A stretch of 55,042 nucleotides of DNA from Girardia tigrina. Lineage: Eukaryota. The notes under the pieces were generated by a model that ran no database searches, had not been told where the DNA came from, and was given only the letters and a program-made list of their open reading frames with translations. Both the position numbers and the translations under genes were made by a program. Positions 24,958 through 38,980 of the stretch are shown here, piece by piece. Positions within the stretch are counted from its first letter, which is position 1, and each line of letters opens with the position of its first letter. Where the stretch lies: assembly GCA_001938485.1 (NCBI GenBank), contig MQRK01209022.1, positions 1 through 55,042 on the forward strand. Reading direction: 5' to 3'.

Positions 24958-24960
<3 letters not shown>

Positions 24961-24995
<35 letters not shown>
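24961..24995. repeat. (TA)n microsatellite (others at ~25599-25626, 42300-42333, 50722-50764, 51850-51888, 52390-52414, 55031-55042)
   Basis: Directly visible. Confidence 0.95.
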
Positions 24996-24997
<2 letters not shown>

Positions 24998-25450
24998 CCT
25001 TTTCCTGTCCAATTTGACATTTTTCCCACCAGATTTGACAAGTTTTCAGTCAATTTTGACTTTTTTTATAATGAATATTGACACGGTAGAAAAAAATTTA
25101 AATAAATACGCAGATTAAACTTATAATAAAAATGTAAGAAAAATTAAAGATTAAAAAATTGGAAATATATGAACAAGTAGACAGTCAAAAAATTTATTTT
25201 TATCGATGATTATCTGCAGCACAATTGATACTGTTTATCATTACATATTTAAAAAGACCTACACGATAATTAGTAATAATATTGGTTTCCGAAAGTAAAA
25301 GACTGGATAATTCCACGACATAACCTAATCTTAGTTTTGATCGCATACGATTTTTAATTTTGGAAAATGCGTTTTCGATTGGATTTCCATCGGGCATAAG
25401 AATAAGGAGACAGAAATTGATATTAAAACTTAAATTCGTCAGTTATTCTT
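24996..25450 (-). mobile_element. Tc1/IS630-type transposon 3' remnant
   Basis: FLSPYS..NPIENAFSKIKN is the DDE_3 C-terminal motif. The remnant ends at a TA run. Confidence 0.75.
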
Positions 25451-25593
25451 TGAATATCCTATCTTTTATTTATCCTAATGTAAAATATATAGAGTGAAGA
25501 TGTTTTCTTTTTTTATATCGAAATTCTTTCTTTTTATCTATTTATATTTCACTATTAAACAAGAAAACTCCTCATCTCCATATACTTGACAAT

Positions 25594-25629
<36 letters not shown>

Positions 25630-25769
25630 GAAAAATAATTTTAAGAAATAGATTATTGAACGTTTTATTATTTAAAACCTTCTTTTTAGTCCTTCTGTTG
25701 TTATTTATATAATTTATAATCAAATTATAATAAAATAGTAGATTAATTCATTATAACTTGTCTCTACAA

Positions 25770-28700
25770 TGTGTACCTTAGATCCTTTAAAGATATTAAG
25801 CCCGAGGCTTTTTAGGATGATGACGTATTTATGCCTTCATACCCATACACCCAACTGTAGACTTCCCATCTCTTTCAATGGTATTGAGCCAAATGCTCTT
25901 CAGAGGGTCCACCCAAACTAAAGTCCTTAGGGCCCCCCGATAGGCCTCCTACGAGGTCAGCAGCTTTCCGCCTCTGAGTAGTCGGTTTTCCAGTGACGAA
26001 TGACCAACCATGGAACTTGGTACCATGGCCATACATGCATTTAGCTGTTACGGTGGACGCGTGCGTAACAACCGCGAAATGGACACTGCAATCTTCCTTT
26101 TGCCTTTATGTCGGGTAATCGGTAGTCTCTGTGTGTTTCTCCGGCGTATTGTTTGTTCTGGGTCCCCGACATACTCCCAGTTGCGTCCAGAAACTGAGAG
26201 TTCGATTGGATTGTTGTCGGCTCTTTCTCTTCCTCTCTTATCAAGTTGTCTTCTCTCTGGGTGTTGCATTGCTCTGGTTCTTCTCGGTGATTCTTCTGTA
26301 AGTGGATCTTCAGCCATCCTGCGCAGTTGTATTCTTTTGGACAGTGAACGCACTTGTATACTCCTTTCTTCTATCGTGGCTGGGCTGTCTTCTGTCTGTT
26401 CTGCTCCAATATGATCCCGATGGAGATGTTTGTTCAATTCTTTGATCTCCGCGAATTAACGATAGCAGTCTTCCATCGGGAAGCTGTGTTCTTTGAGTCT
26501 TGGGAGAATTAATCGCATCGTGTTCTCATCTCCTCTCTACACTTTATTTAGCTTGATTACTTTCTCTATTCATGCCTCTGTTGTTAGTAGACTTACCTGC
26601 TGAATGTCTCTACAAAAATCATTAATGCTATACTGAACTTTGAAGAGCCAGTGCATGTCGACCATGAGACATTCATCCAGATGTTGCTTCCATTGTCCGC
26701 TTATCTTCCCTCCGATAAGTTCGCATTTGTAGATTTGCTGTACCACTCCTGGACATTCATTTATCTCGATCTTCACATTGTGAATAATTCTTCTTCTTGA
26801 TAGTATATCCATTGGACTTGGTAGTCCAATGGATAAATCGTTCATTCTAATCCTCTCAGCCTTCGATATTCCCAGCGTTCTTCTGGTACACAAATTGTGA
26901 AATGCTTTAAACTTCTTCGCGTGCTCTACGTTTGTCCTCCAGTTTTCACCACGGGAATATACAACTTGTGATGATGTTCTTTTCGTTTCGGAGGGACAAC
27001 TTGTTGTTCTTCAATACAGGTCTGATCGTTCTCAGCTTAATCGTTCCTTTCTTAATTCTGGCTTTGATGTCCACTCCTGATCCTTCTCCCTTCTCGATAA
27101 TCGAAGCAAGGTAGCAGAACTCGTCCACCCATTCTAAACCTGTACTCCAATTCCTTGAAGGCAGTCCCAAAGAATCTTCCTGGGCACGCTGTCGAATGCC
27201 TTTTAAAGGTCGATAAATATTGCATACACGTTGATATTGCAGTATCTGGCCTGTTCTTGCACCTTTCTGATGATGCCAATCGCATGTGCTGTTCCTCTTT
27301 TGGGCCTGAACCCTAATTGACTGTCGTCCAGTATCTTCTCAAGGTGTGGCATTAATCTGTTTGCAATGATTCGTGCCATTATCTTACCTCCTACATCGAG
27401 TAGAAAGATTCCTCTGTAATTGTTCAAATCCTTCTTTGAACCTTTCCCTTTATATAGGATTACAACTTTCGTTGTTTTCCATGCCTCTGGGAAGTCTGCT
27501 ATTCCCTCCCAAATTTGCTCGAAGCATTGCTTGATCTTGAGAGTTAACTGTTGTCCACCCATTTGTATAACTCTGGGATGATACCATTGTTCCCAGCAGC
27601 TGTGCCGTTCTTGAGTTGATTTATTGCGGTACCCACTTCTTCCACGTCCGGTAAAATGTCAATATCCAAGATCTATCTTTGATCTGCAATCACGACAGTC
27701 TTTTTCACTCTTCCTGAATAGATTTGAGAAGGGCTCTGCTAACACTTCGTCTACCAAACTACTCTGTAATGTGCAGAGAGTTGATTCTTTTAGTTCGCTA
27801 TTGCATAGGGATCTGAGTTCTATGTATGTGTCAGAGGTTTTCCTTATGCACTCTGTTCAGCACGCCTGTCCGATGTTCTCTATGCTTTCTCTCTTCTATC
27901 TTCTCAACTGCCGTAATGTATTCAGTCGCGAAGCTTTCCATTTGGCATACGTTTGTTCGCATCTATTCTGGATGAACTCCTTCCTTCGTTTCCATTCCTC
28001 CTATAACAACGTCTTCAGTTCATTTAGGTGATTGTGAAGCCACCTTTGATTGAGCTGGATTTTCTTCTTTCGGTATTTGCTAGCTGTAGAAACAACTACT
28101 CTTTCTAAGTCGTCCGAACTCTCAACATTCGGACAGGCCTGTCCGATGTCTCTACTAATTGTGTCTTTGTTGTTCATCAGAGAGAATCAGTTACCCTTTC
28201 CTTTGCACTTCTTCCTTCCATCATTAGCAAGCTTAAGTCTTTTCTTGCCATCATTTTAACCCATAAGGTCAATACGACTAAATCGTGATCCGATCCAGTC
28301 AAAGTTTGAATAAATCTTGATATTTGATATACTGTTGCAGCGGCTCTTTTGTGTTAAAAACAGATCCAGTAATAAGCGCAGCTTCGTTGCTGGGTGTGTC
28401 TAACTAGTTCTCCGCGCCAGTTTGTACTTGTAAAAGGTGTTATCTACTCGCAAATTACATGCCTCTGTGAGATCACCATTCTCCAATGTTGCTGTTGAAC
28501 TAGTGTACCACCATCTGTTCTTCCTCTTCCTCTGTTCTCTTCCGTCTGATAAAGCCTACAGTTGAAGTCATCTCCAACTAACAGTTCATATTTTCTGCGC
28601 TCAGCTTCAACAGTCGCCTTCTCCACTTGTTCTTGTAACGATACGAACAACTCCTCTTTCTCCTCACTTGGATATCTACTGTCCGTTGATGCATATACCC

Positions 28701-29250
28701 CTATCAATGATAGTAACCTTTAGGGTATATGGCACAGGAATAGTCTTTCACTGACAGCTTCACATTCCACTCCCTTCGAGTCAACAGATCGTACGATAAG
28801 GGTAACAACTCTCTCACTTGTACTACCACTATGATGAATTATCCATTCCAGTATGGAAGCAATATCGTTTCCAATACAGAGCGTCTCGGTCAGGATGTAA
28901 ATATCAACTTTAAGTTTGACAAGTATACATATGATGTTCAGTATCTTTTCGTCGGTTAAGCCTCTTACCTTTCATGTTCAAATCCTCAGTCCACTGCAAG
29001 TGGAATCCTTAACTAGGGATCCCCCTCTTGGGAGCTTAATGACTTCGAGTCCTGCCAGACCCCTAGTTGGAGTTTTCATAGCTTTGGACTAGCGAAAGAC
29101 AGAGTTGCTAGCATCTTCAATCTGCTTACTCATATAGCCTAGATCAAAGAAACCTCCGCAATCTATTTCTAGAAAGGGGAAGAACGCCTCTCTCTAGTTC
29201 CCAGAATACACCACGGAGGCAAGCAGCATTGTATCTCCAACCCAACTGTA
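25770..29250 (-). mobile_element. RTE-like non-LTR retrotransposon (APE endonuclease + RT + C-terminal C2H2 fingers), internally deleted and frameshifted
   Basis: APE motifs LRI.T..VRGL, VDIYILTET, AVSERL, IGVYAST, GDDFNCRL, GSDHDLV. RT motifs LYKGKGSKKDLNNYRGIFLL, QLGFRPKRGT, AIFIDL, VDEFCYL. Zinc fingers (C)PMEDC...LNKHLHRDH and CPFRGC. Confidence 0.92.
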
Positions 29251-29344
29251 AGAGTTTTTACACCAATGAAAATTAAATTTATAAGCTAGTTTATGTTGCA
29301 ATCCCCCAAAAGGTTTTCAATTTATTTCAGAAGAAATTTTGAAC

Positions 29345-29645
29345 TATGGATGTTATTGAAGCCACTTTGACACTACTTATATTCTTGAAAATACCCATGT
29401 TAAATATTTTAAACCCTTCTGAATATGGTATTTCGATTAAATGTTTGTAGTTTTCAATGTTTTATCTACTCTTTTATCTACCTTTTTTATCCGTTTGTAT
29501 ACATAATTGGTTCAATGTAACTACACAACATCACATAGCTTTTGTGACGAAAAATACAAAGATAGTATAATAAAGGGCTTATTTAACAAAGTTTGGAATT
29601 TATCTTCAAATTTTGAAATTGTAGATATATTCTTTAAATATTCTG
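29345..29645. mobile_element. Two short Penelope fragments in opposite orientations
   Basis: Plus strand SFCDEKYKDSIIKGL.NKVWNLSSNF resembles SLCDHKYNKSLVKGLIHRIFNLSSDF at 16433. Minus strand LIEIPYSEGF resembles the RT-EN linker. Confidence 0.55.
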
Positions 29646-29709
29646 TTTTAAATATATTTTTGACATAAAACAGTTTTTTATCATTTGTTCACGACTGATA
29701 TTGAAGGTT

Positions 29710-30317
29710 ACACGAAAATCGAATGATAAAGCCACCAAAACGGTAAGTCCAGGTGATTAAAGCTATGTAGACAACGGATGACTTCTATTCTCTTCAGTGT
29801 AATAAAATATTTTGAGTTTTCATACGAGATGGTTTAGATACAACAAAGCTTAATCTGAGAAAATAATCTTTCTATCGAAAATCAAATTGTTTTCATTTTC
29901 TCACCAATAACAGTATTAAACCATCCTATCAGAATCATCTTCTTCCAATGCTTGTTTATAATATTTCTAGGTTTTATTTTTTCTTCTTTGAGATATCTGT
30001 GAACAAAGGTTTGTGAAATCACATACTCGGATAGTTTCTCGTTCATTTGACTCATCATTATCTTTAAAAGAATTTACTACTTTATCTTTCATGATTTCTT
30101 TAGACAGTCTTCCTGATCGAAACCTAGTTGATAAGTTTCCAGTTTCTTAAAACTTCTGTTTCCATTATTTCACTGTTCTTCTATCTGGTGATGTACGATT
30201 GAAATGTTGATAAAATTCTTGGCAAGCTTTGGAACTACTCAGGTACACTAATAGATGGCTAAATATAAACACTCTATTCGCATGAGAAAGTTTAATATCA
30301 CCAGTTGCTTCCATTAT
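29710..30317 (-). pseudogene. Tc1/mariner (DD37D/maT, DUF4817-like) transposase N-terminal remnant
   Basis: CQEFYQHFNRTSPDRRTV...KF.ETG...RSGR...EDDSDR...IIFSD.A..YLN...EN...SPGLTV. Confidence 0.75.
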
Positions 30318-30599
30318 ATAGTAATAATGCAACTGATTTGCTTACAAAAAAGTATATTAAAGAAAATTACTAAAAAATGAGAAATAAAATACAATAATCA
30401 GTGAATAAAAATTAATAATGAGTATTTATAATAAATTAATGAGTATAAATTGTTATTGTGCTTTGTTGTTTTATTTTAGTTTTAGAGTAGAAGAATTAAG
30501 AATCTTACTGTGTATATAACACAAAAAAATGTATTACCCCAAATATTATGTTAACCTAAAAATTTTCTTATTTAATTTAATATTTATATTCTATATTTA

Positions 30600-31266
30600 C
30601 TAATATAATTCAAAATTCTGACTTCTAACAAAAAATTGCATCATTCGAATATGAACTCCTGCATAACTCGTAACAAAAATGCATATTAATTTATATAAAC
30701 CACCAATAATACCAGCAGTAGGAATTTTACTGGGATTCTCAGTATTTATATAACTGAAACCCGTTTCTTGGTACACGTTAATATTATATGAAATTCGACA
30801 ATTCACTGTACATGATAAAATTTTTCCTGCATAAAATATGTCTTCATGAGATACCCAACCAAAATCTTCAAATGCTTAAAAAAATAATTAATATGGTTAA
30901 CACCGAATAGTAATTACGTTTAATTAGAACATTTTGCAATTTAGTAATGGAAAAGTTGCCTAAAAGATGAACACGCAAAACGATTTCACAAAAAATACTA
31001 GCCAAACTTGAAGGAAATGATTCAGGTAATTTAAAAGACGTTTTATTGATAGTTAATTTAACATTTGTGTAAGATGTAATCGTCCAAAATGTGTCTAAAA
31101 CACTTTTAGGTTTACCATTAGAAACACTTCGAATAGATTCACCAGTCAAAAGCGTATTTCCTAATATATTATTATACTCATTTAGGAATATTATATACTT
31201 TGGTTTCTCTAAATTACAAAATATATAAATAAATAAATCCAAGAATACAATATTATAAAACCACAA
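30600..31266 (-). pseudogene. Disrupted hypothetical secreted-protein gene (possibly discoidin/galactose-binding-like)
   Basis: Hydrophobic N-terminus and two consecutive ORFs on the same strand; family not securely recognised. Confidence 0.25.
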
Positions 31267-32913
31267 AATTAAATATATTTGCTTTCAACTTATTGATATA
31301 TGCCATAATTGAATCTATTCAATATTTTTTAAATATTTACTTATGATTTCTTTTACATCTATTGTGAGAAATATTTTTCAATATTGTGTGTTATATATTT
31401 TGTATGTGTATGTTGTTTTTGACTTGAACATTTCCAAACCCACTGATTGACAAATATTTTAAAATATTTAAAATGAGTTTAAACCTAGATTTAAAAATTT
31501 AAATTAATATTTTTCAAATTTAAACAAAGAATATATACTTGAAATTAAATAGTCAAATTGTTAAATAAAATATAATATATAAATAAAAACAATAAGATAA
31601 AAACATAATTAGATAATTTAATTAAGCCAGCAACACAATGTAAATAAATGTAACAAGGATAGACGAGAGTGATCACAATATGAAAGTTAATTTGTAAAAG
31701 AAAAGCAAATAATCTTACAATATCTGTTTGACAATTCTTTGACCAAATATAAAGTCATCCTAAATAGTGTTGAATTATTTTCAGGCAGATATTGTTAGAG
31801 GTAAAATAAATGAATTTCTAACTAACAGTCTGATATTGACAGTACTCACTCTTTGTTTTTTAACCAATAAAATTTAATGGTGGGTTGTTTTTTCGTGGTC
31901 AATAAAGCATTAGACTCATTAAATCTAACAATTATCAATAGTCCACTATCACACGAATAACTCTGGGATGAAAGAAATATAAAACAGTGAAAATATAGAA
32001 CATATAACTAGCTATCGGTAGTTAAAAATACTTTTTAATTTTAAATTTAATTTCTGATCTCCTGGGATCAAATAATAATTATACATAATTTTAATTATTA
32101 TATTATTATTATATAAAGATATTATATTTGGTATTGTGGGGCTCGTGAAAATTTTAATAAACAATTTTTTCGTTTAATCGAACTAATTCAATAATTAAAT
32201 AGTGGTAAAAATTCAAATTGTACTTTATGGGAAAATAAATGTTTTTGTTGNNNNNNNNNNNNNNNNNNNNNNNNNNNNNNNNNNNNNNNNNNNNNNNNNN
32301 NNNNNNNNNNNNNNNNNNNNNNNNNNNNNNNNNNNNNNNNNNNNNNNNNNNNNNNNNNNNNNNNNNNNNNNNNNNNNNNNNNNNNNNNNNNNNNNNNNNN
32401 NNNNNNNNNNNNNNNNNNNNNNNNNNNNNNNNNNNNNNNNNNNNNNNNNNNNNNNNNNNNNNNNNNNNNNNNNNNNNNNNNNNNNNNNNNNNNNNNNNNN
32501 NNNNNNNNNNNNNNNNNNNNNNNNNNNNNNNNNNNNNNNNNNNNNNNNNNNNNNNNNNNNNNNNNNNNNNNNNNNNNNNNNNNNNNNNNNNNNNNNNNNN
32601 NNNNNNNNNNNNNNNNNNNNNNNNNNNNNNNNNNNNNNNNNNNNNNNNNNNNNNNNNNNNNNNNNNNNNNNNNNNNNNNNNNNNNNNNNNNNNNNNNNNN
32701 NNNNNNNNNNNNNNNNNNNNNNNNNNNNNNNNNNNNNNNNNNNNNNNNNNNNNNNNNNNNNNNNNNNNNNNNNNNNNNNNNNNNNNNNNNNNNNNNNNNN
32801 NNNNNNNNNNNNNNNNNNNNNNNNNNNNNNNNNNNNNNNNNNNNNNNNNNNNNNNNNNNNNNNNNNNNNNNNNNNNNNNNNNNNNNNNNNNNNNNNNNNN
32901 NNNNNNNNNNNNN

Positions 32914-33029
32914 TTTATGTACGTGTTAATATATGTAAAATTTTAATTTGTAATAAATGTTATTTTTCTGTTGTATATTCATTTTTTGAACTTTATGTCA
33001 TTTTGTTCTCAAATAGCTGCCGCACCCTG
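32914..33029 (-). mobile_element. Tc1/mariner-like terminus (TA|CAGGGTG) running into the gap
   Basis: CACCCTG|TATA at ~33023-33032. Confidence 0.45.
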
Positions 33030-33069
33030 TATATAAATAAAATATATATATTATATATTATATATAAAA

Positions 33070-35378
33070 CAGAGTTACCAGATACAAAGTCTCTTGCAAT
33101 TGAAAGAAGATTCAATTTGTTTGTACTTTCATTGTGGCAATGTAGCAACATGAGATTGTTAAAATACTTTTGTTTCTCTGAGCTCCGCAAGTTCATCTTG
33201 AGTTTTCTCATGGCAGAAAAAGAGCTTTCGGGCGGTGAAGTTGTCACTGGTATTGTCATCCACAAAGAGATTATGTTACAAATTCTGAAAAAAAAGACGT
33301 TCCGATTGTCGATGCATCAAACATCTAAGCAATCATCCAAACATTTCTTATTTCTTCCAAATGAGCTAAAACTGACTTTTTCTTCATTTCTTTCACAAAA
33401 TCTGGCAAAAGATTCAACTGTCTTGTAAGCCAGAGAGCTGATTTCAGAAGGGCAGACTCGTCTACAAAAATATTTTGTGGTCCAATCCAGTTTGCGGCAG
33501 TCGCAAGCATCTTTTTAATTTTGACAGACATTTCTAAAGAGAATTGGAAGAGACGTCTGGTAAGTTCTTTGCAGACGTTGTCTACAGCTTCAAAATATAT
33601 GACTGTGTGGTAGTCTTCGGTTGACTCATGACAATGAGATCCAAATACTTCTTCAAATTGTTTTGGATGACATATTCTGAGTGGTGCGCAGGGTGAATCT
33701 GTAAGGTCTCACTGCTTGTCTCACTTCTTCATAAAAATGTCAAAATTCTTCTTCCGACCGACGCTTTTGAAGGTAGTCTCTCAGGAATTCACAATCCTCA
33801 ATTCCTTCCTGAACAGTGCTGTCTTTGCTCTGGAGTTGTGATGAAACACTTGGAACTAGCATGCAAAAAGATCAAGTGGTACAAATGCACCAAAAATTAG
33901 ATATCAAACCACGGGATACAAATAGAAAGCTGCTCCTTTTTGCTGATATACTTCGACTCATCAACTAACAAAGCAAAATATTTTGCCTTCATGATGTCTA
34001 CTTAAAGGTTTCGAAGAAGCTTATGTTCCATAAAGTAATTGATTCATCGAGGATATCTGGTGAAGTGTTATTACCATCTTAAATCCTAATGTCTTATTTG
34101 TCTTCACATCTCAGATTAAATAGCTGAAATAGGTTATCTTCTTCACTTTACATGACCTTGTCGCGCAAGGTGACGTAGACTGCTAAGCTGTCTACGAAAC
34201 ATATTTCGGCTAGAACTGTACCAAACTGCTCATTTAACTGAGACAAAACGAACTTTCCTTTTCTTTGTTCTTGTTTCATTGCAGCTTCTATGTGTCCTAG
34301 ACTCGTTGGGTGGATTTTAAAGCGCTGCACTATTTTTTCCATTTATAAAAACCATTAATCGTAAAAGCGGAATCCAGATTTTTACTGAATGTTATGATGT
34401 TTCCTTCAATGGACATACGAAAAATACAGCAAAATGCTTTCATGTCTAAACACAACGAAATATACTGGAATTTCTTGTACCAATGAAACTTAAAAGTTCT
34501 AAATTTACACAATTTCAGCGCATGTCTTTCAATATATTCTCTGAAGTAGGTTGAAATGGTGCTTCCGAGGTGCAACACTTACGTGACACACACTGTCTTA
34601 ATAAATGATCGGGGATTTCATTGTAACACGACACTGAAATAGAAAACCATTAGTTTGAAATCCAAAAAGACCATTACAGGAAAAATAACAATTCAGCTGA
34701 CTGTTAAACTTGTGAAGATGAAGACTCAGTGCACAATATAGGAGCTGTAGCACCATTTACACTTAAATATTTAGTTTAAATTTGTGATCAAGTACACTTA
34801 TTATAATTATCAATAAGGTACAAATAGTGAATTGAAAAATTAACGAAGTAGTAAATGGAATTTTATTGCAAAAATCATTATGTCATACCTTCAATGAGTG
34901 TTCTTTTTACTGGTGTGGTAAACAACTGTAACAACGAACTTTGGCGTTTTAAAATGTTTAAATTGATTTATAAAAGTGATATAGGCGCAAAACATCCACA
35001 TTTCGATATTTTAAAACACAATGAATCTGACACAAGTTTCCGTATTTTAAATAAAATTTAATTTGCTAAAGTATTCAATTAGAAAATTATATTAGACAAA
35101 AAGTAAAAAACCATACCATTAAACCTATGTAACATATAAAGAACAGTGTCAACCTTTACTGTATGCAAAACTATCCGTAATAGACCTATAATGCATAGAA
35201 TAAGAACCCACCGTATGTCTTAAGCACCAATATTTATTTAACCCTAATCGTATGTTTTGTTGTTGGACAAAATAGGATGTCCAGTGTTTTTTAACATAAT
35301 ACATTTCACTTTCTTATATAGCTGCTTGAGGGCTGATGTAGCCCTCATTGTAAAAATCTGGTGGGACTGAAGCCCCTG
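33070..35378 (-). mobile_element. hAT (ZMYM1-like) transposon, degraded transposase
   Basis: TTF-type zinc finger region (FKFHWYKKF...AFCC...AFTINGFYKWKK), DUF4371-like YFALLVDES..ISKKEQLSIC, dimerisation motif IPVTTSPPESSFSAMRKLK..LRS...NNLMLLHCH, and 5' terminus CAGGGGCTTC at 35378. Confidence 0.88.
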
Positions 35379-38337
35379 ACAGTTTTATGCAACTTTAAAT
35401 TGGTTTTTTGACCAAAGACTATACATATTACAATATGAATTCAAAAATAATTATTCATTTGATTAATAACCATGAATAAGATAATTTTAAAGAATAATTG
35501 ATATAAATTATTTTTTAGAAATATTTTCATTTTTTTTAATTAAATTTTTGAAATCAACTTTTGGAATTTTAAAATATTAAATCAGATTCACAACCCACTT
35601 AGTAATAATAATTTCAAGTTAATTCTATGCACTTTAAATTATTAGTGGTTCCATCAGCTATTTCTTAAAGCTTCATTTATATTGTGATCTAGTTTTGATT
35701 ATTAATGAATTTTTTTTCAATATAAATTTGTATAACTTTATTAAAGTTACTTTATTAACCCGAACTCATACATAAATTAAAAATACCTATATTAAAAACT
35801 ATGTATAACAACAACAACTTATACAATGAATTTCGGAATATGTATTTTATCTTTTTATTTAATAAGAATCGAATAAAATATACAAACTTTTGGCCAAATT
35901 ATAATTGTGAAAATTAAAATTGTTGATTTAGAGAAAAATAAGTTACTATGAGACTGATCACGATCAAAATATCATCGAAATATGATTTATGATCTTTTCT
36001 TCGTATATATAATTTGAAAGTTTAAAGTAGTTTCACCGATAAATAGGATCTTTATCATTAATGAAACTTCTCTTAATTTTTGCATAAAATAAAAAGAAAA
36101 AATACTCAAGTGACAATATAATTATATAATATATAATTATAATCAATCTAACAGAAGAGAATAAAACTTGATATCAAAAAAATAAGAAATAGGATCTTTT
36201 CTTTAAAATAAGAGTTAAATAATTAGTTACTTGTGTAAATGTCGATGTTATCAACAATATTAATTTTTACGAACAATTCAGATCCTCCAATAAGCGAATG
36301 AGGAAACAATATTAATGTTCTGATGAATCAATTAGATTCGAATTTTCGTGGTAATAGTCAATATTCATAATTGGTTTTTTTCTTTTTTTATTTTTCTCCA
36401 AAAGAAAAAAGATTATTTAATATCTTCTTTAAGGAAAAATTCATTATTTCTTTCTTTTTATTGTTAAAATGAACTGCAGAAGCTAAATGAGATATTTCCA
36501 AGTACATTTAATTTCTTAATCGATTTTCTTATCGATTCATAATTTTATGAATGTATTTATTTAATTTATATATGTGAGGGATAATTTGGAATGTTGTAAG
36601 TTTGTTGTTTGTATGCTGTTTAGATTTGTGACTCTCCTACTCAGATGGGATTGATATGTTTATTGATTAATTATTTGAATCTAATGAAATTAATTTAATG
36701 ATATTAATTTTAAATACTAATTAATTAAGGTTTGATAATTATGAATTTTAATAATATTTTCAGTAAAAGATTTTAACTTATTAAATGTAATATATTTTAA
36801 AAATTAATGTTTATTTAAAAAATTATGTAATGACTTTTATCCAATAAAAATTATGAGAAATTAAAATTTATTATTAATCTGTCCCATTCATTGTTTTTTA
36901 GATTTGAATATTTTAACCAAAAAAACTGTATCAATCAAAGAATGATGACCAATGAGAATTGTTGTGAAGAAACTGTTTGTGTTGTCAATAAATGTTTGCA
37001 TTCAAATTGTGTTGCTGTTAATAATATATATATAATTTTATTAAAAAATATGTATATATGTTAGTGACTGGGTCACTACAAAAGTTTATTCAACAATACA
37101 TTTCCAAAGCATTACATGTATTGTCCAACTCTTATTTCTTAATATATAAATGACCCTCGCTCCTTTATCGTATTAATCCAGTGGCTTTTAGGAGGTCTTA
37201 AGATACATAACAACAACTTCCTTCATACAACTTCCGTAAACTGAGGATCGATACGGTACTGACCTACTTTATAACAGGTATTACCACAACATTGCTCAAT
37301 CCGATTGATTCATCGAATATCATTACTGGCGATCAGCCCCACGGCCTTCACACCCAGAGTAACAGCTTAGCCTCTTAAATTGTTTGCAAACCCAACTGAT
37401 ACTACGATTTCATTGGTAGAATTTAAGTGCGATAATTCGAGTACCTTTCAGACACTTTAGCCTAGAGACGGATTCGAACATATCTAGTTTCCAAAGGGAC
37501 ACTATGTGGAAGTACGTCTGACTGGCTTGCACAGGCTACTAATGTAACTGATCTCTGAATATACAAGTAATGGGTTTTACACCGAATACATATGAGACTT
37601 TAGATATTCTCTTTAAGAGAATCAAGGAACGCTATCGTATTGTAAGTGATATCAATTGTAGAAACCCTTAGAGAATTTATATTTTTATATGTATACATCT
37701 GTACATATAACATAAAAAGAAAGTTGGTCATATCGTACATGTAGTTATCATGCAATAAATTTTATTAACATATAATTTAAAACATTCCTAACGAATTTAT
37801 AGAAGTACAGTTTGGATGTTAATTTTATGATCTATGGATATAACATTTTATATATATTTCTAATGATTCTTAACTCGAATTATTTAAATTTTTTATTTGC
37901 CTTCATTTTATTTAAAATTTTATTTAAAATTCACATACCACCAATCTTTATTTACTAAAATTGAAAGAAAATACTAATAACCAAATTTATTTTTATGCTA
38001 ATAAAAATATGTATTTCACAAAAATACACATTTCAACCGACTTTTATTTTTTTTAATTAAAATATATATTCTTTATATATATTTTAATCAAAATATATAT
38101 AATTCTAATTCAAAATCATTTTAATCATCTCTAATAATTTATATAAAAAAGATTACGAAATTTGAATAAAAATTCAACAATATCGTCATTACAAGTAACA
38201 GTCTTTGAATCTTACATTTGTAAATAAATGACTTTATAATTTTAAACTTACATGGGCATGAAAAATTAGTTTAAATAAGCATTATATTTGATATTTTATA
38301 TTTTGTTGTCAGTTTTTTATACATTGTGGTGATTTAA

Positions 38338-38980
38338 TTAATAAGTAGAAATCACAATAAATAAATTAACGAAATTTGAAATTTTTGAAAATATTGTACC
38401 ATATAATTTAAAATAAAAGGATCTTCTCTCTCGAAATCCCCAGGCCGAATAAATAATGAAAATTCTTGCTTCTATGAAAATATCCATTGGAGCACTAGAA
38501 TAAAACGTGACAAAATTTTTGTCCAAATGATTTACAATTTTCACTTGATTATTAGGTAATTTTATCTCTGTGAAAATATTGATATAATTTCCCATATCCG
38601 TATTGTTAAGTTTCGAAAAATTAATGAAAATTTCATAAGTTTCTTCGACAAAGAGAACTGCGACACTTATATTATCTTTTGTATTTATTTTTCGAATGAT
38701 AATAGCCAGTTCAACTACGTAAATATTGCTAAATTAAAAATTTATACATGAAACAAAAATACCACAGTAGAAAGTAGAATTATCGTATTGTAAACATACA
38801 CTTCCAAGAGGACAAATGTAATTCCTACACAAATCAACAACCTGACAAATATACGTGTAAGCACTTTTTTTACCATAATTTATTTTCACTAGTTGAGAAA
38901 TCCATCCTTAAATTTTATACAAATATAAAAGTTATTCTCAATAGTAAAAAAATCATTCAAATGAAATTTCCATACGAACA
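38338..38980 (-). pseudogene. Degraded secreted-protein gene with F5/8 type C (discoidin)-like C-terminus
   Basis: IFIEARIFIIYSAWG...SFYFKLYG resembles I.ARY.RI.P..W....LR.ELYG; a Cys-spaced segment lies upstream. Confidence 0.3.

Noticed and set aside
29000-29250. HDV-like ribozyme in the RTE 5' UTR
   Set aside because: Some long-range pairing is visible, but I could not build the nested double pseudoknot; an RNAMotif/Infernal search is needed.
32202-33428. Long ORFs in the track (also 150-512, 3778-4293, 5365-5805, 40928-42383, 51789-52424)
   Set aside because: Their length comes from translating N gaps; they are not evidence of genes. Only the Penelope RT part at 40995-41231 is real coding sequence.
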